From IMG/VR virus record IMGVR_UViG_3300006922_000005: a stretch of DNA of 64,000 nt, one strand, 5' to 3'. Origin of the DNA: a virus (lineage: Duplodnaviria; Caudoviricetes). Position numbers and translations under genes: made by a program. This document shows positions 17,087-26,005 of this stretch, one piece after another; within the stretch, counting starts at the first letter, position 1; the number at the start of each line of letters is the position of its first letter. The notes under the pieces were generated by a model that saw only the letters and a list, made by a program, of their open reading frames with translations, had not been told where the DNA came from and did no database searches.

Positions 17087-19138
17087 TCACTTACCTGTTG
17101 CAATAAAAACTCCATTCCAATCTTTTGGTAAGTCTTGTGTTTGCTGGAATTCACAACGTTCGATCCACATCTTATAATATCCTTCCATCTTACCATCAAA
17201 GTGTCGCATTAAATTATTGCAAAGTTTAATTGCTTCTTTAAAGTTTTGATTTCTATATTCTTTATGCATACGAATATGCATCTCTTGACTTTTTGTTATT
17301 GCATGTGTAACTTCAATATTTAATACTGTGTATATTGCGAGGCCAACACTCTTACCTTTAACTTGTAGATCATCTACTTTTAAGTAAAAGAAGTCGTCTT
17401 TTGTTGCTTCATATGTCGCTTCTCCAACAAGTAATAGACATCCGTATTCTTTACACTTGCTTTCAATACGAGCGGCTGTACTGACTGAGTCTCCAAGGAC
17501 ATCGTAACTGTGTCTTGCTGTACTGCCCATCTCGCCCAAATAACCAAGACCAGTATTAATACCAGCCCCCATCCCAACGGGTGGCCTGCCTTCGCTAGTA
17601 ATTTTTTCATTAAACTTCTCCACTGCGGTTAACATTTTTAATCCTGTTTGGATTGCACTCTTAGGATGATGCGGATCGTCTAGTGGTGCACCGTGAATAT
17701 GCATACTTGCATCACCAATATATTTAATAACCATACCATCTGCATCTAGTATAGGTTGCGTAATTGCATCCATATAACTATTCATAATTTTAGTTAGGCC
17801 TTTTACATCATCTCCAAAACTTTCACCTAATGGTGTAAATCCTCTTAGATCGGAGAAGCAAATTGAAACTTCTTTTTTCATACCGTCTTTGATTAGTGCT
17901 GGATTCTCTTGTAGCATACGTACTACTGTTGGAGATGCGTATCCTGCGAACTGTTTCTTAATTGCTTGTTTCTCAAAAAATTCAACTACAAATCGATTAA
18001 ACGTTGCATGAAACCCTGTAATAACAGTTACAAGTACGAACCAACTCCAGTCCCATAGCATTAAATGCTTCGTAAACGCAATATAAGCACCGTACACTGG
18101 CGTTATAGAAGTAATGAGTATCATTGCCCCAACGGCCCAGTAAGGAGCACGTACGGCTACTAATATTAACAATAAGCCACCTACGATTGTTGCTATCCAT
18201 TCTACAAATGTAGCATAATCGAAACGTACAATAGTGTCTCCATTTATAATAGTTTGGAGGCTAGTAGCAATAGGCATGTGTCCAAATTGTTCTCCACGTG
18301 GAGTGGCTATCACATTGGCTAACCCTTCTGCTGTAATTCCTACAATTACTGTTTTACCTGCTAACATACTATAGTCATCTTGTGAAGCACTAACAGTTTC
18401 AAATTCTTTATTATAACGTAACCATATTCTACCATATTGGTCAGTTTTAATTGTTGCATATTTTGGAACACGCATTGCAGTAATTCCGCCTTGTTGTGTT
18501 TTAACTTGATAACTTGGATCACCAACAGCAACACGAATAGTTTCCATAGCAACACTAGGATATGTTTCATCACCAACTCTCATTATAAGAGGTACACGCC
18601 TTACGACACCATCTATTTCTGGTACTGTTGATATTACTCCAACACCGTCTGCGTTTAATCCTAACAATTCAATTGGTCCTAACATACCTGGCCATTCAAA
18701 CAACCAAGGCATAGGATCGCCTATTTTAGCAACACCTCTTGGTACTGCATTTTTATTAACACCTTGTGTTGTTCCTGTTTGAGCAATAATTACACCATTA
18801 CCTGCTAATGCTTCGGCAAGTTCCATATCTCCGCCTAGTCTATCTTCTTCAGAAAATAGTATAGGCATTACAATAATGCCAGCACCTGACTCACGTAACT
18901 TCCAAATTATATCTGCAAGTGTTTTTCTGTTCCACGGCCACTGTCCGTATTTCTCAATTGACTTTTCGTCTATTTCTAAAATAGCAACATCTTGTGATAC
19001 AGTAGGAATATCATACTGTTGTATAATATCAAAACTTTTTAATCGTAGTGTTTCTTTAACATAAGGATCAGAAAATCCTATAAAAGAAAGTACTGCTAAA
19101 GTGACTAAAGCAGTTGCCCAATGTGTAATATATTTCAT
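17087..19138 (-). CDS. CHASE2-domain class III adenylate/guanylate cyclase
   Basis: IDEKSI...GQWPWNR (CHASE2), three TM segments, FSDLRGFT, KYIGDA, YDVLGDSV..AARIE. Confidence 0.93.
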   Translation of the reverse strand: MKYITHWATALVTLAVLSFIGFSDPYVKETLRLKSFDIIQQYDIPTVSQDVAILEIDEKSIEKYGQWPWNRKTLADIIWKLRESGAGIIVMPILFSEEDRLGGDMELAEALAGNGVIIAQTGTTQGVNKNAVPRGVAKIGDPMPWLFEWPGMLGPIELLGLNADGVGVISTVPEIDGVVRRVPLIMRVGDETYPSVAMETIRVAVGDPSYQVKTQQGGITAMRVPKYATIKTDQYGRIWLRYNKEFETVSASQDDYSMLAGKTVIVGITAEGLANVIATPRGEQFGHMPIATSLQTIINGDTIVRFDYATFVEWIATIVGGLLLILVAVRAPYWAVGAMILITSITPVYGAYIAFTKHLMLWDWSWFVLVTVITGFHATFNRFVVEFFEKQAIKKQFAGYASPTVVRMLQENPALIKDGMKKEVSICFSDLRGFTPLGESFGDDVKGLTKIMNSYMDAITQPILDADGMVIKYIGDASMHIHGAPLDDPHHPKSAIQTGLKMLTAVEKFNEKITSEGRPPVGMGAGINTGLGYLGEMGSTARHSYDVLGDSVSTAARIESKCKEYGCLLLVGEATYEATKDDFFYLKVDDLQVKGKSVGLAIYTVLNIEVTHAITKSQEMHIRMHKEYRNQNFKEAIKLCNNLMRHFDGKMEGYYKMWIERCEFQQTQDLPKDWNGVFIATGK

Positions 19139-19174
19139 ATTTGTATTTATTTGTGTTTAAGTTGGTGCTAAAGT

Positions 19175-19594
19175 TTATGATATATTGCACCAATACTGTT
19201 CTGCACCAGGCTGTAAAGACTCACAACCTCGTAGAAGTAATTCTAACATCACAGGTAGGTCTTGGGCAATACCAGTTATCATAGCAAGAAAAATAAACAG
19301 GAAAAATAGTATAATAGGACTTAATAAAATTAACCACCAATAGGTTCTAAGTATTCCGTGTCCGTGTTCAAGTCTGTATTCTCTTTTATGAGCAAACCAT
19401 CGTACTACTATTTTGATTATTGATTTAATTCCTCCAACAAACCAATCGCCTATAAAGTGTCTAATGATTCTAACAACAATAAGTATTGGACTTGAAACTA
19501 CTTCCCATATCAAAAGTAATGCATCAACACAAAGATCAACAACGTGATCAATAGTCCACCATTCTTTAAAACGTTGCCATCTACTCTTGTTCAT
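19175..19594 (-). CDS. Membrane protein
   Basis: Hydrophobic helices; late promoter upstream. Confidence 0.55.
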   Translation of the reverse strand: MNKSRWQRFKEWWTIDHVVDLCVDALLLIWEVVSSPILIVVRIIRHFIGDWFVGGIKSIIKIVVRWFAHKREYRLEHGHGILRTYWWLILLSPIILFFLFIFLAMITGIAQDLPVMLELLLRGCESLQPGAEQYWCNIS

Positions 19595-19604
19595 AACGTA
19601 TTTA

Positions 19605-21050
19605 TTATTGCTGAACTACAGTGGTTGTTCCACAACCATTTGCGTTAACACAGGTTTGACTTATTGAGTATGTTTGATTAGTTGAACCTTGTTGTGTAAG
19701 GTCAAGTGTTGCACTAAACCCTGACATAGATACTGAAGTGTTGTGCTGTCCACTTCCGTCTTGTGTTATGTCAACTGTTTGATCACTGCCAACAGCAATT
19801 TCTGCATAGTGTGAACCTGCACCTTGTTGATATAAGTCTATATCATTGTCATCACCTTGTACACTTAGAAATGCTTTTTTATCTCCGTCATTGAGTTGAC
19901 TTGCTAAAACATTATTGTTGTCACCATCTAAATCTAATGCAAAGAAGTGTCCATTAGTTCCTATACCATTGTTGTGATTTTGTGTAATGCTTGTTGTATT
20001 AGTGTCACCATTAATACTAAACTCAAGTCTATTATCGTCTGCACCTGACGTACTACCTTGATCAGCAGTTGTTGTATTAGAGTCGCCTGTAATATTAAAC
20101 AACATAACATTATTGTTGCCTTTTTGTTTGAGTGTAGTAGTGTTATTGTTTCCTACAATCTCTGCATGTATCAAACTGTTTGTTGTACTACCACCGCCTG
20201 CAATAAGATTGTCATTGCCATCTTGTACAATAGTTAAATCGTTGTTGTCTCCTACTTGCTCAATGTATACGCCGTTGCCACTGTGTGTTACTGCTCTTGA
20301 TGTTGTTATCTGTGTAGTCTGTGCGTTGCTTATGCTTGATGTATATGTGGTTGTTGTTGCAACTAATCCTTCTTCTTGCAAGGCTCGATACAACAAATCA
20401 TTCATGTTAGACGCATATTGATGAGTTGAAAGAAACTGACCATAACCAAATGTTACATAAACTGAACCACCATTTGAACCATAATCCCATTTGTGCATAA
20501 TAGGAATATTATTATTACTAGATGAGTTAGCGGCTACAGTTTCACCACCAGTTACATTGTACATATATTTGTCTGAACCTGGTAAAGTATTTTCACTAGT
20601 TGTACTACTTGCATAGTCACCTTTTCTTACTGAATAGTAACAAGTATTGCATCCGCCACCTTGAGTAAAACTACCTACGCCCATCTTAGTTTCAATCAGT
20701 GCTTCTATACTGTTATTTCTGTTGGTTGCTCCGTTGGATCCTACTATAAGTAATTTGCCGCCGCCACTTACATAAGTGTCATACACTGACTTACAGGTAC
20801 TACCACAGTTTGAAGTGCCTGTCATATCAATAACTAAATCCTGGCCTGATACATCACTTGAACTAGTTGTGCCACTTGTGCTACCTGAAACAGTAAAGCC
20901 TGCATCTTCAAGTTCGCTTTTTAGATGTGTATATTGGTCTGAAGTAACACCATTTCTATAATATATAAAGGCATCATTTGCAGATGCTTGTATAGGCAAT
21001 ACTAATAATAAAAATAATATACTACTGTACTTGAATAATGTCAATTTCAT
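19605..21050 (-). CDS. Exported protein with an N-terminal globular domain and C-terminal curlin-like repeats
   Basis: Signal peptide; Thr-rich linker; repeated Q.G..N...(I/L).Q.G..N units. Confidence 0.75.
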   Translation of the reverse strand: MKLTLFKYSSILFLLLVLPIQASANDAFIYYRNGVTSDQYTHLKSELEDAGFTVSGSTSGTTSSSDVSGQDLVIDMTGTSNCGSTCKSVYDTYVSGGGKLLIVGSNGATNRNNSIEALIETKMGVGSFTQGGGCNTCYYSVRKGDYASSTTSENTLPGSDKYMYNVTGGETVAANSSSNNNIPIMHKWDYGSNGGSVYVTFGYGQFLSTHQYASNMNDLLYRALQEEGLVATTTTYTSSISNAQTTQITTSRAVTHSGNGVYIEQVGDNNDLTIVQDGNDNLIAGGGSTTNSLIHAEIVGNNNTTTLKQKGNNNVMLFNITGDSNTTTADQGSTSGADDNRLEFSINGDTNTTSITQNHNNGIGTNGHFFALDLDGDNNNVLASQLNDGDKKAFLSVQGDDNDIDLYQQGAGSHYAEIAVGSDQTVDITQDGSGQHNTSVSMSGFSATLDLTQQGSTNQTYSISQTCVNANGCGTTTVVQQ

Positions 21051-22137
21051 TTTGTCCATCTCCAAGTTGATAATCTCTGTATTCGAAATCATTTTGTTGC
21101 ATATTAATATTATAACCATACTGTTGATCTAAACGTAATTCATAAAAGTTTCCTAATCCATCATCACGTCTTAATACCCAGTCAGGGTTTTGATCATACA
21201 GTTCTATTCCTGTTTCAGGATCTTTACCTAACTGTATACCTTTTTGTCTCGAGTCTAATGCTCCACGCATTAATCTTGCTAACTGTTGATTAATTAAATC
21301 TAATACGTTTGCAAGAAAGTTTTGTTCTAAAAAATCTATGTCTAAGTCAGTCATCCAAATATCTTTAGTTTGTGAACCAAGATAGTCTGAATTAAGTTCG
21401 TCAAATTCTAAAAAGTCAAATCCTAAAAAGTCTGCAAGTTTCTCTGCTCTTATTCTTTCTTCTTCGTCTGATATTTCTACAGGCTTACGAATGATTAATA
21501 AGTTTCCAATTAAACTTTCGTCAATGTCTAACATTAAAGGTTTGAGAGGATTATTCTTTGATGTTTCAACTACTGTTGCCTGAAATGCTTGATTAAGAAT
21601 TACAGTACCAACATCAGAACTTACTTCAATTTCTCCTACAACACAGATTGCTGTTTTTCCATTACCGGAGCAACTAGGTAATAATATAATTGTTGAACTT
21701 CCTGTTTCATCTACAGTCATTGAAAAGTCTGTACCACGTACACCAATTACTGCCGTTGGAGTTTTAATCTTTACATTCTGTCTAGAGTTCTTAGCAATTT
21801 GTCCAGATGCGTACCTAACTGTTCCAAATGACGCTTTTAGCGAAAGACTTCCTGTTGAAGTGTTAGGATCGTATACGAATTCATCAATAACCAGTTTACT
21901 GTTTTGTGTAACATCTACTCTTGTTTCATCTAAAAACTGAATTGCTGTTTTACCTTTTTGTGTTCTAATAGTGTCGTAACTTTCAACTCCAGAACCTTCT
22001 TCACTAAGGATTTTGTCGCCAGCCTTTCTTTCGATGGTCGTGGCTCCTACTTGCTCGATTACTTCGCCAATGCTGGCAAACGCACTCGAGGTTATAGCCG
22101 TGAATAATAGTATAGTTGTTACGAACAGTCTATGCAC
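21022..22137 (-). CDS. FecR-domain exported protein
   Basis: D.IRT...AIQFLDET.V....NSKL, IKTPTAVIGVRGTDF. Confidence 0.85.
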   Translation of the reverse strand: MHRLFVTTILLFTAITSSAFASIGEVIEQVGATTIERKAGDKILSEEGSGVESYDTIRTQKGKTAIQFLDETRVDVTQNSKLVIDEFVYDPNTSTGSLSLKASFGTVRYASGQIAKNSRQNVKIKTPTAVIGVRGTDFSMTVDETGSSTIILLPSCSGNGKTAICVVGEIEVSSDVGTVILNQAFQATVVETSKNNPLKPLMLDIDESLIGNLLIIRKPVEISDEEERIRAEKLADFLGFDFLEFDELNSDYLGSQTKDIWMTDLDIDFLEQNFLANVLDLINQQLARLMRGALDSRQKGIQLGKDPETGIELYDQNPDWVLRRDDGLGNFYELRLDQQYGYNINMQQNDFEYRDYQLGDGQNEIDIIQVQ

Positions 22138-22141
22138 AGGA

Positions 22142-22846
22142 TTAGTCGTCCTGCGTTATGTCGATTTCAGCACCGTCACCATTAGTGGTTAAACTGATTA
22201 TATTATCATACAATCCACTTTGTGTAATGTTGATAAGTCCGCCATCTCCTGTATGACTATGTGTTAAAGTGTGTCCGTTAACATCGCCGTCATCATTAAT
22301 ATCAATAACTGCTGTATTACCTGCACTACCTTGACTATTTGAAATGTCGATATCTGCTATTGCACTTTTACCGTCTACTGTTAATGTAACTGTTTCTGAT
22401 GCACCACTTGTGATATCTATTGTACCAGTGAAGTTTTCTGCGTCTGCCGCTTCACCTACACTCACATTAATATCTGCACTTGATCCTGTTATGTCAATAC
22501 TTAAACTTACAGTATCACAGTTTCCTGCTCCTGCACTATCACAGAGTAATGCTACATCATTACTGTTACCAGTAAGATCAATATTACCTGTGTAAGTTAC
22601 ACCTTTAACTATTGCTGATACAACGTTAGCACCACCAATTTGGTCAATGTTAAACGTCATAGCGTTACCAGTAAGAGTCACTCCAGTTTGTGCTGTACCA
22701 ATTACGTTGTTTTGTCCGTCTTGTGATATATCTAAATCTAAATTGTTACCCGACTGTTGAATGTATATGTCATTCGCAAATCCAGACCCAACTGAGAAAA
22801 AGAATAATACAAAACCCATCATTATATATTTTACTTTATTTTGCAT
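22142..22846 (-). CDS. Curlin-repeat (CsgA/CsgB-like) exported protein
   Basis: Signal peptide; NDIYIQQSGNNLDLDISQDGQNN and further Q/G/N beta-solenoid repeats. Confidence 0.75.
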   Translation of the reverse strand: MQNKVKYIMMGFVLFFFSVGSGFANDIYIQQSGNNLDLDISQDGQNNVIGTAQTGVTLTGNAMTFNIDQIGGANVVSAIVKGVTYTGNIDLTGNSNDVALLCDSAGAGNCDTVSLSIDITGSSADINVSVGEAADAENFTGTIDITSGASETVTLTVDGKSAIADIDISNSQGSAGNTAVIDINDDGDVNGHTLTHSHTGDGGLINITQSGLYDNIISLTTNGDGAEIDITQDD

Positions 22847-22863
22847 TCTCGCTCCTTGTTCTT

Positions 22864-23691
22864 TTAATGAAGATGTCGTCCTTCTGAAGTTATTTCTTTT
22901 CCTTTATACTTCCAAAGTTCGCCTTCTTCGCCTTTCTTTACTATTTCTCCTACACATGCCTCTATTGCGGCTCTAACTGCGTAGTTGGTAGGTTCATTGA
23001 CCGCGGAACCCGTTTCTAATTCTAACGCTTTCGTTCCAAGATCTAAAAACCTAAATACATCTGCTCCAGACTTGTGACTTGCTATTGTTTTCTCACAGGC
23101 TACAGTAAGTAATACTTCACCTGTTTGAACACTTACAATTCGCATTGCCACTGTTACTTGATCAGTTCGGTAACTTGTGTTAGCGCCGATACCAAAATAT
23201 CTTGCTCCAACTCCGCCACTAGTTGTATTTGAATCATAGCCTACTACGCCACCTTCTAATAACAACCCTGCAAATAACATAGGTTTCAACTTAACTGCCT
23301 CTTTGCCTTCAAATACTTCCCTTGTTGATCTTATCAATTGCCTTTCTTTAACCAAGTTATCTAAGCCTACACGTTCTACAACGGTAAACCAAGAACCCCC
23401 TCCTACCTTCTGAAGTGCGTTAATAACCCAAACTTCAGACCCTTGCGTTACCGCACTAGACAACTGACTAAAATTGTCACTTGGTTTTCGTTGTCCAGTT
23501 TTGTCCTGAAAACTATAAACCGCTATAGTAATTTTAGGACCATCAAGTTTTGGCATTGCAACTAAAGTATCCTGTATGGGAGAGCGTGCCTCGGTTGGAC
23601 TGCTCCAGTTTACTTTTGCTGTTTGTGTAGCACACCCGTTTAAAAACGTCATTGCCAAAAACCCAATTATTAAAAATCTTATGCCTCTCAT
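22864..23691 (-). CDS. csgG: Curli secretion channel lipoprotein
   Basis: Lipobox LNGC, AVYSFQDKTGQRK, SSAVTQG, FTVVERVGL.NL..ERQLIR. Confidence 0.92.
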   Translation of the reverse strand: MRGIRFLIIGFLAMTFLNGCATQTAKVNWSSPTEARSPIQDTLVAMPKLDGPKITIAVYSFQDKTGQRKPSDNFSQLSSAVTQGSEVWVINALQKVGGGSWFTVVERVGLDNLVKERQLIRSTREVFEGKEAVKLKPMLFAGLLLEGGVVGYDSNTTSGGVGARYFGIGANTSYRTDQVTVAMRIVSVQTGEVLLTVACEKTIASHKSGADVFRFLDLGTKALELETGSAVNEPTNYAVRAAIEACVGEIVKKGEEGELWKYKGKEITSEGRHLH

Positions 23692-23694
23692 ATT

Positions 23695-24159
23695 TTAGAA
23701 TCCAAATCCGCTCAATGGAACAACAATCTCTGTAGTGCTACCGTCTTCTTCTGTAATTAGAAGTGTAATAGTATCAGACGTTGTATCCTTTACCCAGTAA
23801 ATCGTAGCACCTTCAATAGTTGCAGTTCCGGAACTGTCTCCGTCATCAGTAAACATATTGTCAACTAATTGTTTAGACAGTTGAGCATAGATTCGAGATT
23901 CTATGTTGTTTAAAAACTTTGCTAAGGTAGTGCTATCTGCTTCACGTTTGGCTTTAGCCGCATCGGCCGCCGCTTTTTCTTCTGCTTCTTTCTTTCGAGT
24001 AAACTGTAACTGTTCAATTGACAGTACATGATTACTATATCCTGATCCATTAAAAGATGGATTTTTAAAAGTGAATACTTGTTCGCTCGCTCCAGCCGTA
24101 CCAATAAGACAGACGAACAATGTAGTCGTGACTATGTTTTTCATTTTCTGCTCTCCCAT
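23695..24159 (-). CDS. csgF: Curli assembly protein CsgF
   Basis: ASEQVFTFKNPSFNG.G, FLNNIESRIYAQLS. Confidence 0.88.
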   Translation of the reverse strand: MGEQKMKNIVTTTLFVCLIGTAGASEQVFTFKNPSFNGSGYSNHVLSIEQLQFTRKKEAEEKAAADAAKAKREADSTTLAKFLNNIESRIYAQLSKQLVDNMFTDDGDSSGTATIEGATIYWVKDTTSDTITLLITEEDGSTTEIVVPLSGFGF

Positions 24160-24256
24160 TGATATTTACCGCGATCTCTATTAAATACGCATAGTAAAGT
24201 AATTACAGTATTATTTACTGTAAAATTTTTTACGATTAACCAGGAGTATTTAACCA

Positions 24257-24514
24257 ATGACAGCACAATCAGAGTCTGAACAGCAACTACAATCTAGAAA
24301 AGAGCAAGATGCTTTATATGAAATTTTTAGTGTAATATGGCCCCATGATCCTGATCCTGTAAAATGTGATCTCAACGACGAATTAAGCAGTCTGGAAAAG
24401 GTATTAGTTCAAGATGCAATGCGAAGTGTTAATAATAACAAAACCAAAGCGGCTAGTTTACTCAATATTAGCAGAGAAAATTTAATTTATAAACTTAAGA
24501 AGATTGCAGAATAG
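24257..24514 (+). CDS. Stand-alone Fis/NtrC-type HTH protein
   Basis: LEKVLVQDAMRSVNNNKTKAASLLNISRENLIYKLKK. Confidence 0.8.
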   Translation: MTAQSESEQQLQSRKEQDALYEIFSVIWPHDPDPVKCDLNDELSSLEKVLVQDAMRSVNNNKTKAASLLNISRENLIYKLKKIAE

Positions 24515-24944
24515 CATTTGTAGCATCTACTAATTCTTGTGTAGAAAACTTAAACCTATCTTTTTCAGGTAATAGTGCTGGTGTTAGAGCATGTTCTCGA
24601 TCAAGATATTTGTATTCCATTTTAACGGGGTTGTAGTATTCTTCAACCCACTCAAACACTGTACGTGGATCAAATGCTCCACAAGTATAAACATCTAATT
24701 GTATTAATGCAGGATCTGTTTCATCCCAACTATGTAATACAATGTGACTGGTTTCTATAATTGCGGCAACTGTTAATCCTCGGTTGCCTTCCATTTCAAC
24801 ATACTTGGCAAAAGGACCCATAAGCACTTTCATGCCTATGCGATCAATCAGAGTTTGTATTTGATTACTTGCTGTGTTTTCGTTTGTAGGCGGATTAAGT
24901 ACTTCCGCTCTTATTATCACATGCTTATGCACGAGTGGTTTCAC
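24495..24944 (-). CDS. S-adenosylmethionine decarboxylase (SpeD/SpeH)-like proenzyme
   Basis: IIETSHIVLHSWDE, QLDVYTCG. Confidence 0.8.
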   Translation of the reverse strand: MKPLVHKHVIIRAEVLNPPTNENTASNQIQTLIDRIGMKVLMGPFAKYVEMEGNRGLTVAAIIETSHIVLHSWDETDPALIQLDVYTCGAFDPRTVFEWVEEYYNPVKMEYKYLDREHALTPALLPEKDRFKFSTQELVDATNAILQSS

Positions 24945-24966
24945 TCGACTACTTATATTTGTTAGT

Positions 24967-25041
24967 TGGTAGTCCCTAGGAGAATCGAACTCCTCTTTGC
25001 GAGATGAAAACCCGCTGTCCTAACCGATAGACGAAGGGACC
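24967..25041 (-). tRNA. tRNA-Glu(TTC)
   Basis: GCGGG-TTTTCAT-CTCGC anticodon arm, CCA end. Confidence 0.93.
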
Positions 25042-25061
25042 TTAATTTTTTAATTATTAAC

Positions 25062-25090
25062 AGTATAGCACCAAAGCACTATACTGTCAA
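25062..25090 (-). promoter_or_regulatory. sigma70-type promoter for tRNA-Glu
   Basis: TTGACA-N17-TATACT. Confidence 0.75.
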
Positions 25091-25611
25091 CCTTTTCTAA
25101 CCTCATCAATGTGTATAGGTGTAAAATTAATTTGTTCTACACAAACACACTTGTAAGGACCATCTGGACTAGGATTGCTATGTATATGTCCATGAGCGTT
25201 TATCCCAGGTCCGTTATCACCCCATCTATGTCTTTCTTCAAGAGTACTTGCATGTAATGGAGTATGAGTACAAATAACACCAGGTAACTCAATCCACAAC
25301 TGTATATCCTTAAAGAACGGAGCAACATGTTTTACATTGTCATGGTTTCCAAGAACAAGTCTTTTCTTACCAGGTAACTTTGCAAAGTTTGCTTCTAACC
25401 ATTCTACTTTGTTTTCACCAAACAATACATCACCTAAGTGTATAACTGTGTCCTGAGGCTTAACAGTATTTGTCCAGTTATCTAACATTGTTTGGTTCAT
25501 TTCATCTACGTTAGAAAAAGGTCTGATAGATCTACCACCTTGTGTAAATTCAAGGATCTTACTGTGATTGAAATGTGTATCACTTATTAACCATATATCT
25601 TTTGCCATCAT
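25087..25611 (-). CDS. Calcineurin-like metallophosphoesterase
   Basis: SDTHFNH, HLGD, LGNHD, HTP and HGHIH motifs. Confidence 0.9.
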   Translation of the reverse strand: MMAKDIWLISDTHFNHSKILEFTQGGRSIRPFSNVDEMNQTMLDNWTNTVKPQDTVIHLGDVLFGENKVEWLEANFAKLPGKKRLVLGNHDNVKHVAPFFKDIQLWIELPGVICTHTPLHASTLEERHRWGDNGPGINAHGHIHSNPSPDGPYKCVCVEQINFTPIHIDEVRKG

Positions 25612-25634
25612 ATTCTCCTAACTAACTTATATAC

Positions 25635-25663
25635 ATTATAACATCGGTAATACCAGATGTCAA
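25635..25663 (-). promoter_or_regulatory. Consensus sigma70 promoter
   Basis: TTGACA-N17-TATAAT. Confidence 0.85.
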
Positions 25664-25671
25664 CCAAAAAT

Positions 25672-25745
25672 TGGAGTGGACGACAGGAATCGAACCTGTA
25701 TACATGGATTTGCAATCCACTGCGTAACCATTCCGCCACGCCCAC
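25672..25745 (-). tRNA. tRNA-Cys(GCA)
   Basis: GTGGA-TTGCAAA-TCCAT anticodon arm, U73, CCA. Confidence 0.93.
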
Positions 25746-25749
25746 AAAT

Positions 25750-25823
25750 TGGCATAGGTGGAGGGAATCGAACCCCCATTAACTGGTTTGGAATCAGTTG
25801 TGTTACCATTACACCACACCCAT
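25750..25823 (-). tRNA. tRNA-Trp(CCA)
   Basis: ACTGA-TTCCAAA-CCAGT anticodon arm, G73, CCA. Confidence 0.9.
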
Positions 25824-25860
25824 AAAAAAACCCCCGTAAGCATTATAACTCCGGGGGTCT
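25824..25860 (-). terminator. Intrinsic terminator (attenuator 3:4 hairpin) upstream of tRNA-Trp/Cys
   Basis: CCCCCG...CGGGGG stem followed by a 7-T run on the minus strand. Confidence 0.8.
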
Positions 25861-25883
25861 AAAATTCATTGCTGAACAACTGC

Positions 25884-25949
25884 CTACAAGACACTCCCGG
25901 GTGGTTCACAACCACACCATTCATAATTATTTGTATACTTCGTATTCAT
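25884..25949 (-). promoter_or_regulatory. Putative attenuator leader peptide MNTKYTNNYEWCGCEPPGSVL
   Basis: AAGGA SD; TGG-TGT-GGT-TGT codons; the 3' part is complementary to the terminator 5' arm. Confidence 0.7.
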
Positions 25950-25976
25950 TGTTCGCTTTCCTTATTAACTTTTTAC

Positions 25977-26005
25977 AGTATATTATCTTTTTGTCGTATT
26001 GTCAA
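25977..26005 (-). promoter_or_regulatory. sigma70 promoter of the leader-tRNA-Trp-tRNA-Cys unit
   Basis: TTGACA-N17-TATACT. Confidence 0.8.

Noticed and set aside
16867-17199. Minus-strand 110-aa coiled-coil-looking ORF
   Set aside because: Lies antisense to a DUF3307-like gene with clear motifs and overlaps the cyclase end; probably a shadow of hydrophobic codons, though not fully excluded
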